Below, piece by piece: positions 26,101 through 38,799 of a DNA stretch of 64,000 bases (position 1 is its first letter; each line of letters begins with the position of its first letter). The stretch lies in contig NC_092676.1 of assembly GCF_964355755.1 (NCBI RefSeq), forward strand, positions 12,696,771-12,760,770. The letters run 5' to 3'. The notes below the pieces were generated by a model. The model was not told the DNA's origin. It made no database searches and was given only the letters and a program-made list of their open reading frames with translations. This stretch comes from Antedon mediterranea. Its lineage: Eukaryota; Animalia; Echinodermata. A program made the position numbers and the translations under genes.

Positions 26101-27973
26101 ACAGAATAGCTTCAAATCGCATTTGGAGACGTTTTAGACCATTTTGTGCATTTCGATGAAACTTGGTTACACAAAAACATCAAAGTGCTTAAAATCACAT
26201 TTGAAACCGTTTTAGAGCATTTTTAACATTTCGATAATACTTTTCACACAAAAACATCAAAGTGTACAAAATAGCTTCAAATCACATTTGAAACCGTTTT
26301 AGACCATATTGAGCATTTCGATAAAACTTTTCACACAAAAACATCAAAGTGTACAAAATAGCTTCAAATCGCATTTGGAGACGTTTTAGACCATTTTGTG
26401 CATTTCGATGAAACTTGGTTACACAAAAACATCAAAGTGCTTAAAATCACATTTGAAAGCGTTTTAGAGCATTTTTAGCATTTCGATAATACTTTTCACA
26501 CAAAAACATCAAAGTGCACAAAATAGCTTCAAATCGCATTTAGAGATGTTTTAGACCATTTTGTGCATTTCGATAAAACTTTTCACACAAAAACATCAAA
26601 TTGCACAAAATAGCTTAATACCGTGTTTGAAATCATTTTAAACCATTTTGAGCATGTCGATAAAACTTTTCACACAAAAACATCAAAGTTTTTAGAATAT
26701 CTCCAAATCGCATTTGGAGACGTTTTAGACCATTTTGTGCATTTCGATGAAACTTGGTTACACAAAAACATCAAAGTGCTTAAAATCACATTTGAAACCG
26801 TTTTAGAGCATTTTGAGCATTTCGATAAAACTTTTCAAACAAAAACATCAAAGTGTACAAAATAGCTTCAAATCACATTTGAAACCGTTTTAGACCATTT
26901 TGAGCATTTCGATAAAACTTTTCACACAAAAACATCAAAGTGTACAAAATAGCTTCAAATCGCATTTGGAGACGTTTTAGACCATTTTGTGCATTTCGAT
27001 GAAACTTGGTTACACAAAAACATCAAAGTGCTTAAAATCACATTTGAAACCGTTTTAGACCATTTTTAGCATTTCGATAATACTTTTCACACAAAACATC
27101 AAAGTGTACAAAATAGCTTCAAATCGCATTTGGAGACGTTTTAGACCATTTTGTGCATTTCGATGAAACTTGGTTACACAAAAACATCAAAGTGCTTAAA
27201 ATCACATTTGAAACCGTTTTAGACCATTTTGAGCATTTCGATAAAACTTTTCACACAAAAAAATCAAAGTGCACAAAATAGCTTCAAATCGCATTTGGGG
27301 ACGTTTTAGACTATTTTGTGCATTTCGAAAAAAATTGTTAACATAAAAAGACCAAAGTGTTTAGAATATCTCCAAATCGCATTTGGAGACGTTTTAAACC
27401 ATTTTGTGCATTTCGATGGAACTTGGTTACACAAAAACATCAAAGTGCTTAAAATCACATTTAAAACCGTTTTAGAGCATTTTTAGCATTTCGATAAAAC
27501 TTTTCACACAAAAACATCAAAGTGTACAAAATAGCTTCAAATCGCATTTAGAGAGGTTTTAGACAATTTTGTGCATTTCGATAAAACTTTTCACACAAAA
27601 ACATCAAAGTGTACAAAATAGCTTCAAATTGCATTTAGAGACGTTTTAGACCATTTTGTGCATTTCGATAAAACTTTTCACACAAAAACATCAAATTGCA
27701 CAAAATCGTTTTAAACCATTTTAAATCGTTTTAAACCATTTTGAGCATGTCGATAAAACTTTTCACAAAAAACATCAAAGTGCACAGAATAGCTTCAAAT
27801 TGCATTTGGAGACGTTTTAGAGCATTTTGTGCATTTCGATAAAATGTGTTAACATAAAAAGACCAAAGTGTTTAGAATATCTTCAAATCACATTTGGAGA
27901 CGTTTTAGACCATTTTTTGCATTTCGATGAAACTTGGTTACACAAAAACATCAAAGTGCTTAAAATCACATTT
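20113..27973 (+). repeat. ~7.9 kb block, copy 1 (copy 2 at +26231)
   Basis: Repeat-derived ORFs match at a constant 26231 offset: 21254/47485, 22061/48292, 24690/50921, 26623/52854. Sequence markers agree, e.g. 25814/52045. Confidence 0.93.
21372..24513 (+). repeat. Tandem duplication, units of 1445 and 1697 bp differing by a 252 bp (87+165) indel; the pair recurs at ~47.6-50.7 kb
   Basis: ORF offsets 21625/23070 and 22061/23506 are 1445, and 22479/24176 is 1697. Shared markers include 'acttgattacac', 'gtcgaaaaaac' and 'ttttaaatcatt'. Confidence 0.88.
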
Positions 27974-30900
27974 AAAACCGTTTTAGAGCATTTTTAGCAT
28001 TTCGATAAAACTTTTCACACAAAAACATCAAAGTGTACAAAATAGCTTCAAATCGCATTTAGAGAGGTTTTAGACAATTTTGTGCATTTCGATAAAACTT
28101 GTCACACAAAAACATCAAAGTGTACAAAATAGCTTCAAATTGCATTTAGAGACGTTTTAGACCATTTTGTGCATTTCGATAAAACTTTTCACACAAAAAC
28201 ATCAAATTGCACAAAATCGTTTTAAACCATTTTAAATCGTTTTAAACCATTTTGAGCATTTCGATAAAACTTTTCACAAAAAACATCAAAGTGCACAGAA
28301 TAGCTTCAAATTGCATTTGGAGACGTTTTAGAGCATTTTGTGCATTTCGATAAAATGTGTTAACAGAAAAAGACCAAAGTGTTTAGAATATCTTCAAATC
28401 ACATTTGGAGACGTTTTAGACCATTTTTTGCATTTCGATGAAACTTGGTTACACAAAAACATCAAAGTGCTTAAAATCACATTTGAAACCGTTTTAGAGC
28501 ATTTTGAGCATTTCGATAAAACTTTTCACACAAAAACATCAAAGTGTACAAAATAGCTTCAAATCGCATTTAGAGAGGTTTTAGACAATTTTGTGCATTT
28601 CGATAAAACTTTTCACACAAAAACATCAAAGTGTACAAAATAGCTTCAAATTGCATTTAGAGACGTTTTAGACCATTTTGTGCATTTCGATAAAACTTTT
28701 CACACAAAAACATAAAATTGCACAAAATCGTTTTAAACCATTTTAAATCGTTTTAAACCATTTTGAGCATGTCGATAAAACTTTTCACAAAAAACATCAA
28801 AGTGCACAGAATAGCTTCAAATTGCATTTGGAGACGTTTTAGAGCATTTTGTGCATTTCGATAAAATGTGTTAACATAAAAAGACCAAAGTGTTTAGAAT
28901 ATCTTCAAATCACATTTGGAGACGTTTTAGACCATTTTTTGCATTTCGATGAAACTTGGTTACACAAAAACATCAAAGTGCTTAAAATCACATTTGAAAC
29001 CGTTTTAGAGCATTTTGAGCATTTCGATAAAACTTTTCACACAAAAACATCAAAGTGTACAAAATAGCTTCAAATCGCATTTAGAGACGTTTTAGACCAT
29101 TTTTTGCATTTCGATGAAACTTGGTTACACAAAAACATCAAAGTGCTTAAAATCACATTTAAAACCGTTTTAGAGCATTTTTAGCATTTCGATAAAACTT
29201 TTCACACAAAAACATCAAAGTGTACAAAATAGCTTCAAATCGCATTTAGAGAGGTTTTAGACAATTTTGTGCATTTCGATAAAACTTTTCACACAAAAAC
29301 ATCAAAGTGTACAAAATAGCTTCAAATTGCATTTAGAGACGTTTTAGACCATTTTGTGCATTTCGATAAAACTTTTCACACAAAAACATCAAATTGCACA
29401 AAATCGTTTTAAACCATTTTAAATCGTTTTAAACCATTTTGAGCATTTCGATAAAACTTTTCACAAAAAACATCAAAGTGCACAGAATAGCTTCAAATTG
29501 CATTTGGAGACGTTTTAGAGCATTTTGTGCATTTCGATAAAATGTGTTAACATAAAAAGACCAAAGTGTTTAGAATATCTTCAAATCACATTTGGAGACG
29601 TTTTAGACCATTTTTTGCATTTCGATGAAACTTGGTTACACAAAAACATCAAAGTGCTTAAAATCACATTTGAAACCGTTTTAGAGCATTTTGAGCATTT
29701 CGATAAAACTTTTCACACAAAAACATCAAAGTGTACAAAATAGCTTCAAATCGCATTTAGAGACGTTTTAGACCATTTTGTGCATTTCGAAAAAATTTGT
29801 TAACATAAAAAGACCAAAGTGTTTAGAATATCTCCAAATCGCATTTGGAGACGTTTTAGACCATTTTGTGCATTTCGATGAAACTTGGTTACACAAAAAC
29901 ATCAAAGTGCTTAAAATAAAAAAAAATGATTTTCACACAAAAACATCAAAGTGTACAAAATAGCTTCAAATCGCATTTGGAGACGTTTTAGACCATTTTG
30001 TGCATTTCGATGAAACTTGGTTACACAAAAACATCAAAGTGCTTAAAATCACATTTGAAACCGTTTTAGACCATTTTGAGCATTTCGATAAAACTTTTCA
30101 CACAAAAAAATCAAAGTGCACAAAATAGCTTCAAATCGCATTTGGGGACGTTTTAGACTATTTTGTGCATTTCGAAAAAAATTGTTAACATAAAAAGACC
30201 AAAGTGTTTAGAATATCTCCAAATCGCATTTGGAGACGTTTTAAACCATTTTGTGCATTTCGATGGAACTTGGTTACACAAAAACATCAAAGTGCTTAAA
30301 ATCACATTTAAAACCGTTTTAGAGCATTTTTAGCATTTCGATAAAACTTTTCACACAAAAACATCAAAGTGTACAAAATAGCTTCAAATCGCATTTAGAG
30401 AGGTTTTAGACAATTTTGTGCATTTCGATAAAACTTTTCACACAAAAACATCAAAGTGTACAAAATAGCTTCAAATTGCATTTAGAGACGTTTTAGACCA
30501 TTTTGTGCATTTCGATAAAACTTTTCACACAAAAACATAAAATTGCACAAAATCGTTTTAAACCATTTTAAATCGTTTTAAACCATTTTGAGCATGTCGA
30601 TAAAACTTTTCACAAAAAACATCAAAGTGCACAGAATAGCTTCAAATTGCATTTGGAGACGTTTTAGAGCATTTTGTGCATTTCGATAAAATGTGTTAAC
30701 ATAAAAAGACCAAAGTGTTTAGAATATCTTCAAATCACATTTGGAGACGTTTTAGACCATTTTTTGCATTTCGATGAAACTTGGTTACACAAAAACATCA
30801 AAGTGCTTAAAATCACATTTGAAACCGTTTTAGAGCATTTTGAGCATTTCGATAAAACTTTTCACACAAAAACATCAAAGTGTACAAAATAGCTTCAAAT

Positions 30901-31570
30901 CGCATTTAGAGACGTTTTAGACCATTTTTTGCATTTCGATGAAACTTGGTTACACAAAAACATCAAAGTGCTTAAAATCACATTTAAAACCGTTTTAGAG
31001 CATTTTTAGCATTTCGATAAAACTTTTCACACAAAAACATCAAAGTGTACAAAATAGCTTCAAATCGCATTTAGAGAGGTTTTAGACAATTTTGTGCATT
31101 TCGATAAAACTTTTCACACAAAAACATCAAAGTGTACAAAATAGCTTCAAATTGCATTTAGAGACGTTTTAGACCATTTTGTGCATTTCGATAAAACTTT
31201 TCACACAAAAACATCAAATTGCACAAAATCGTTTTAAACCATTTTAAATCGTTTTAAACCATTTTGAGCATTTCGATAAAACTTTTCACAAAAAACATCA
31301 AAGTGCACAGAATAGCTTCAAATTGCATTTGGAGACGTTTTAGAGCATTTTGTGCATTTCGATAAAATGTGTTAACATAAAAAGACCAAAGTGTTTAGAA
31401 TATCTTCAAATCACATTTGGAGACGTTTTAGACCATTTTTTGCATTTCGATGAAACTTGGTTACACAAAAACATCAAAGTGCTTAAAATCACATTTGAAA
31501 CCGTTTTAGAGCATTTTGAGCATTTCGATAAAACTTTTCACACAAAAACATCAAAGTGTACAAAATAGCT
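27480..31570 (+). repeat. Cluster of 511/676 bp higher-order repeats, including a duplicated block at +1825
   Basis: The 'gataaaatgtgttaac' K-variant units start near 27827, 28338, 28849, 29525, 30674 and 31350 (spacings 511, 511, 676, 1149, 676). The rare variant 'cataaaattg' occurs at 28711 and 30536. Confidence 0.92.
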
Positions 31571-34500
31571 TCAAATCGCATTTAGAGACGTTTTAGACCA
31601 TTTTGTGCATTTCGAAAAAATTTGTTAACATAAAAAGACCAAAGTGTTTAGAATATCTCCAAATCGCATTTGGAGACGTTTTAGACCATTTTGTGCATTT
31701 CGATGAAACTTGGTTACACAAAAACATCAAAGTGCTTAAAATCACATTTGAAACCGTTTTAGAGCATTTTTAGCATTTCGATAATACTTTTCACACAAAA
31801 ACATCAAAGTGTACAAAATAGCTTCAAATCGCATTTGGAGACGTTTTAGACCATTTTGTGCATTTCGATGAAACTTGGTTACACAAAAACATCAAAGTGC
31901 TTAAAATCACATTTGAAACCGTTTTAGACCATTTTGAGCATTTCGATAAAACTTTTCACACAAAAAAATCAAAGTGCACAAAATAGCTTCAAATCGCATT
32001 TGGAGACGTTTTAGACTATTTTGTGCATTTTGAAAAAATTTGTTAACATAAAAAGACCAAAGTGTTTAGAATATCTCCAAATCGCATTTGGAGACGTTTT
32101 AAACCATTTTGTGCATTTCGATGGAACTTGGTTACACAAAAACATCAAAGTGCTTAAAATCACATTTAAAACCGTTTTAGAGCATTTTGAGCATTTCGAT
32201 AAAACTTTTCACACAAAAACATCAAAGTGTACAAAATAGCTTCAAATCGCATTTAGAGACGTTTTAGACCATTTTGTGCATTTCGATAAAACTTTTCACA
32301 CAAAAACATCAAATTGCACAAATAGCTTAATACCGTGTTTGAAATCGTTTTAAACCATTTTGAGCATGTCGATAAAACTTTTCACAAAAAAACATCAAAG
32401 TGCACAGAATAGCTTCAAATCGCATTTGGAGACGTTTTAAACCATTTTGTGCATTTCGATAAAACTTTTCACATAAAAACAACAAAGTGTACAAAATAGC
32501 TTCAAATCGCATTTGGAGACGTTTTAGACCATTTTGTGCATTTCGATGAAACTCATCAAAGTGCTTAAAATCACATTTGAAACCGTTTTAGAGCATTTTG
32601 AGCATTTCGATAAAACTTTTCACACAAAAACATCAAAGTGTACAAAATAGCTTCAAATCACATTTGAAACCGTTTTAGACCATATTGAGCATTTCGATAA
32701 AACTTTTCACACAAAAACATCAAAGTGTACAAAATAGCTTCAAATCGCATTTGGAGACGTTTTAGACCATTTTGTGTATTTCGATGAAACTTGGTTACAC
32801 AAAAACATCAAAGTGCTTAAAATCACATTTGAAAGCGTTTTAGAGCATTTTTAGCATTTCGATAATACTTTTCACACAAAAACATCAAAGTGTACAAAAT
32901 AGCTTCAAATCGCATTTGGAGACGTTTTAGACCATTTTGTGCATTTCGATGAAACTTGGTTACACAAAAACATCAAAGTGCTTAAAATCACATTTAAAAC
33001 AGTTTTAGAGCATTTTGAGCATTTCGATAAAACTTTTCACACAAAAACATCAAAGTGTACAAAATAGCTTCAAATCGCATTTAAAGAGGTTTTAGACCAT
33101 TTTGTGCATTTCGATAAAACTTTTCACACAAAAACATCAAAGTGTACAAAATAGCTTCAAATCGCATTTAGAGACGTTTTAGACCATCTTGTGCATTTCG
33201 ATAAAACTTTTCACACAAAAACATCAAATTGCACAAAATAGCTTAATATCGTGTTTGAAAACGTTTTAAACCATTTTGAGCATGTCGATAAAACTTTTCA
33301 CACAAAAATATCAAAGTGCACAGAATATCTTCAAATCGCATTTAGAGACGTTTTAGACCATTTTGTGCATTTCGAAAAAATTTGTTAACATAAAAAGACC
33401 AAAGTGTTTAGAATATCTCCAAATCGCATTTGGAGACGTTTTAGACCATTTTGTGCATTTCAATGAAACTTGGTTACACAAAAACATCAAAGTGCTTAAA
33501 ATCACATTTGAAACCGTTTTAGAGCATTTTTAGCATTTCGATAATACTTTTCACACAAAAACATCAAAGTGTACAAAATAGCTTCAAATCGCATTTAGAG
33601 AGGTTTTAGACCATTTTGGGCATTTCGATAAAACTTTTCACACAAAAACATCAAAGTGTACAAAATAGCTTCAAATCGCATTTAGAGACGTTTTAGACCA
33701 TTTTGTGCATTTCGATAAAACTTTTCACACAAAAACATCAAATTGCACAAAATAGCTTAATACCGTGTTTGAAATCGTTTTAAACCATTTTGAGCATGTC
33801 GATAAAACTTTTCACAAAAAAACATCAAAGTGCACAGAATAGCTTCAAATCGCATTTGGAGACGTTTTAAACCATTTTGAGCATTTCGATAAAACTTTTC
33901 ACACAAAAACATCAAAGTGTACAAAATAGCTTCAAATCGCATTTAGAGAGGTTTTAGACCATTTTGTGCATTTCGATAAAACTTTTCACACAAAAACATC
34001 AAATTGCACAAAATAGCTTAATATCGTGTTTGAAAACGTTTTAAACCATTTTGAGCATGTCGATAAAACTTTTCACACAAAAATATCAAAGCGCACAGAA
34101 TATCTTCAAATCGCATTTAGAGACGTTTTAGACCATTTTGTGCATTTCGAAAAAATTTGTTAACATAAAAAGACCAAAGTGTTTAGAATATCTCCAAATC
34201 GCATTTGGAGACGTTTTAGACCATTTTGTGCATTTCGATGAAACTTGATTACACAAAAACATCAAAGTGCTTAAAATCACATTTAAAACCGTTTTAGAGC
34301 GTTTTGAGCATTTCGATAAACTTTTCACACAAAAACATCAAAGTGCACAAAATAGCTTCAAATCGCATTTAGAGATGTTTTAGACCATTTTGTGCATTTC
34401 GATAAAACTTTTCACACAAAAACATCAAATTGCACAAAATAGCTTAATATCGTGTTTGAAATCGTTTTAAACCATTTTGAGCATGTCGATAAAACTTTTC

Positions 34501-37500
34501 ACACAAAAACATCAAAGTGCACAGAATATCTTCAAATCGCATTTAGAGACGTTTTAGACCATTTTGTGCATTTCGAAAAAATTTGTTAACATAAAAAGAC
34601 CAAAGTGTTTAGAATATCTCCAAATCGCATTTGGAGACGTTTTAGACCATTTTGTGCATTTCGATGAAACTTGGTTACACAAAAACATCAAAGTGCTTAA
34701 AATCACATTTGAAACCGTTTTAGAGCATTTTGAGCATTTCGATAAAACTTTTCACACAAAAACATCAAAGTGTACAAAATAGCTTCAAATCACATTTGAA
34801 ACCGTTTTAGACCATTTTGAGCATTTCGATAAAACTTTTCACACAAAAACATCAAAGTGTACAAAATAGCTTCAAATCGCATTTGGAGACGTTTTAGACC
34901 ATTTTGTGCATTTCGATGAAACTTGGTTACACAAAAACATCAAAGTGCTTAAAATCACATTTGAAACCGTTTTAGACCATTTTGAGCATTTCGATAAAAC
35001 TTTTCACACAAAAAAATCAAAGTGCACAAAATAGCTTCAAATCGCATTTGGAGACGTTTTAGACTATTTTGTGCATTTCGAAAAAATTTGTTAACATAAA
35101 AAGACCAAAGTGTTTAGAATATCTCCAAATCGCATTTGGAGACGTTTTAAACCATTTTGTGCATTTCGATGGAACTTGGTTACACAAAAACATCAAAGTG
35201 CTTAAAATCACATTTAAAACCGTTTTAGAGCATTTTGAGCATTTCGATAAAACTTTTCACACAAAAACATCAAAGTGTACAAAATAGCTTCAAATCGCAT
35301 TTAGAGACGTTTTAGACCATTTTGTGCATTTTGATAAAACTTTTCACACAAAAACATCAAATTGCACAAAATAGCTTAATATTGTGTTTGAAAACGTTTT
35401 AAACCATTTTGAGCATGTCGATAAAACTTTTCACACAAAAATATCAAAGTGCCCAGAATATCTTCAAATCGCATTTAGAGACGTTTTAGACCATTTTGTG
35501 CATTTCGAAAAAATTTGTTAACATAAAAAGACCAAAGTGTTTAGATTATCTCCAAATCGCATTTGGAGACGTTTTAGACCATTTTGTGTTTTTCGAAAAA
35601 ACTTTTCACACAAAAACATCAAAGTGTACAAAATTGCTTCAAATCGCATTTAGAGAGGTTTTAGACCATTTTGTGCATTTCGATAAAACTTTTCACACAA
35701 AAACATCAAAGTGCACAGAATATCTTAATACCGTGTCTGAAATCGTTTTAAACCATTTTGAGCATGTCGATAAAACTTTTCACACAAAAACATCAAAGTG
35801 CACAGAATATCTTCAAATCGCATTTAGAGACGTTTTAGACCATTTTGTGCATTTCGAAAAAATTTGTTAACATAAAAAGACCAAAGTGTTTAGAATATCT
35901 CCAAATCGCATTTGGAGACGTTTTAGACCATTTTGTGCATTTCGATGAAACTTGGTTACACAAAAACATCAAAGTGCTTAAAATCACATTTGAAACCGTT
36001 TTAGAGCATTTTGAGCATTTCGATAAAACTTTTCACACAAAAACATCAAAGTGTACAAAATAGCTTCAAATCACATTTGAAACCGTTTTAGACCATTTTG
36101 AGCATTTCGATAAAACTTTTCACACAAAAACATCAAAGTGTACAGAATAACTTCAAATCGCATTTGGAGACGTTTTAGACCATTTTGTGCATTTCGATGA
36201 AACTTGGTTACACAAAAACATCAAAGTGCTTAAAATCACATTTGAAACCGTTTTAGAGCATTTTTAACATTTCGATAATACTTTTCACACAAAAACATCA
36301 AAGTGTACAAAATAGCTTCAAATCGCATTTGGAGACGTTTTAGACCATTTTGTGCATTTCGATGAAACTTGGTTACACAAAAACATCAAAGTGCTTAAAA
36401 TCACATTTGAAACCGTTTTAGAGCATTTTGAGCATTTCGATAAAACTTTTCACACAAAAAAATCAAAGTGCACAAAATAGCTTCAAATCGCATTTGGAGA
36501 GGTTTTAGACCATTTTGTGCATTTCGATAAAACTTTTCACACAAAAACATCAAAGTGTACAAAATAGCTTCAAATCGCATTTAGAGACGTTTTAGACCAT
36601 TTTGTGCATTTCGATGAAACTTGGTTACACAAAAACATCAAAGTGCTTAAAATCACATTTAAAACCGTTTTAGAGCGTTTTGAGCATTTCGATAAACTTT
36701 TTACACAAAAACATCAAAGTGCACAAAATAGCTTCAAATCGCATTTAGGGATGTTTTAGACCATTTTGTGCATTTCGATAAAACTTTTCACACAAAAACA
36801 TCAAATTGCACAAAATAGCTTAATACCGTGTTTGAAATCATTTTAAACCATTTTGAGCATGTCGATAAAACTTTTCACACAAAAATATCAAAGTGCCCAG
36901 AATATCTTCAAATCGCATTTAGAGACGTTTTAGACCATTTTGTGCATTTCGAAAAAATTTGTTAACATAAAAAGACCAAAGTGTTTAGATTATCTCCAAA
37001 TCGCATTTGGAGACGTTTTAGACCATTTTGTGTTTTTCGAAAAAACTTTTCACACAAAAACATCAAAGTGTACAAAATTGCTTCAAATCGCATTTAGAGA
37101 GGTTTTAGACCATTTTGTGCATTTCGATAAAACTTTTCACACAAAAACATCAAAGTGCACAGAATATCTTAATACCGTGTCTGAAATCGTTTTAAACCAT
37201 TTTGAGCATGTCGATAAAACTTTTAACACAAAAACATCAAAGTGCACAGAATATCTTCAAATCGCATTTAGAGACGTTTTAGACCATTTTGTGCATTTCG
37301 ATGAAACTTGGTTACACAAAAACATCAAAGTGCTTAAAATCACATTTGAAACCGTTTTAGAGCATTTTTAGCATTTCGATAATACTTTTCACACAAAAAC
37401 ATCAAAGTGTACAAAATAGCTTCAAATCGCATTTGGAGACGTTTTAGACCATTTTGTGCATTTCGATGAAACTTGGTTACACAAAAACATCAAAGTGCTT

Positions 37501-38799
37501 AAAATCACATTTGAAACCGTTTTAGACCATTTTGAGCATTTCGATAAAACTTTTCACACAAAAAAATCAAAGTGCACAAAATAGCTTCAAATCGCATTTG
37601 GGGACGTTTTAGACTATTTTGTGCATTTCGAAAAAAATTGTTAACATAAAAAGACCAAAGTGTTTAGAATATCTCCAAATCGCATTTGGAGACGTTTTAA
37701 ACCATTTTGTGCATTTCGATGGAACTTGGTTACACAAAAACATCAAAGTGCTTAAAATCACATTTAAAACCGTTTTAGAGCATTTTTAGCATTTCGATAA
37801 AACTTTTCACACAAAAACATCAAAGTGTACAAAATAGCTTCAAATCGCATTTAGAGAGGTTTTAGACAATTTTGTGCATTTCGATAAAACTTTTCACACA
37901 AAAACATCAAAGTGTACAAAATAGCTTCAAATTGCATTTAGAGACGTTTTAGACCATTTTGTGCATTTCGATAAAACTTTTCACACAAAAACATAAAATT
38001 GCACAAAATCGTTTTAAACCATTTTAAATCGTTTTAAACCATTTTGAGCATGTCGATAAAACTTTTCACAAAAAACATCAAAGTGCACAGAATAGCTTCA
38101 AATTGCATTTGGAGACGTTTTAGAGCATTTTGTGCATTTCGATAAAATGTGTTAACATAAAAAGACCAAAGTGTTTAGAATATCTTCAAATCACATTTGG
38201 AGACGTTTTAGACCATTTTTTGCATTTCGATGAAACTTGGTTACACAAAAACATCAAAGTGCTTAAAATCACATTTGAAACCGTTTTAGAGCATTTTGAG
38301 CATTTCGATAAAACTTTTCACACAAAAACATCAAAGTGTACAAAATAGCTTCAAATCGCATTTAGAGACGTTTTAGACCATTTTTTGCATTTCGATGAAA
38401 CTTGGTTACACAAAAACATCAAAGTGCTTAAAATCACATTTAAAACCGTTTTAGAGCATTTTTAGCATTTCGATAAAACTTTTCACACAAAAACATCAAA
38501 GTGTACAAAATAGCTTCAAATCGCATTTAGAGAGGTTTTAGACAATTTTGTGCATTTCGATAAAACTTCTCACACAAAAACATCAAAGTGTACAAAATAG
38601 CTTCAAATTGCATTTAGAGACGTTTTAGACCATTTTGTGCATTTCGATAAAACTTTTCACACAAAAACATCAAATTGCACAAAATCGTTTTAAACCATTT
38701 TAAATCGTTTTAAACCATTTTGAGCATTTCGATAAAACTTTTCACAAAAAACATCAAAGTGTTTAGAATATCTTCAAATCACATTTGGAGACGTTTTAG

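Noticed and set aside
29918-29929. Poly-A tail of a retroelement insertion
   Set aside because: Only 9 A, no element body, no target-site duplication, and it coincides with a deletion.
36940-37371. 143 aa His/Cys/Phe-rich ORF with 29 aa periodicity, superficially like a C2H2 zinc-finger array
   Set aside because: There is no C-x2-4-C...H-x3-5-H pattern and no TGEKP linker. The periodicity is just 87/3, and homologous units are broken by stops.
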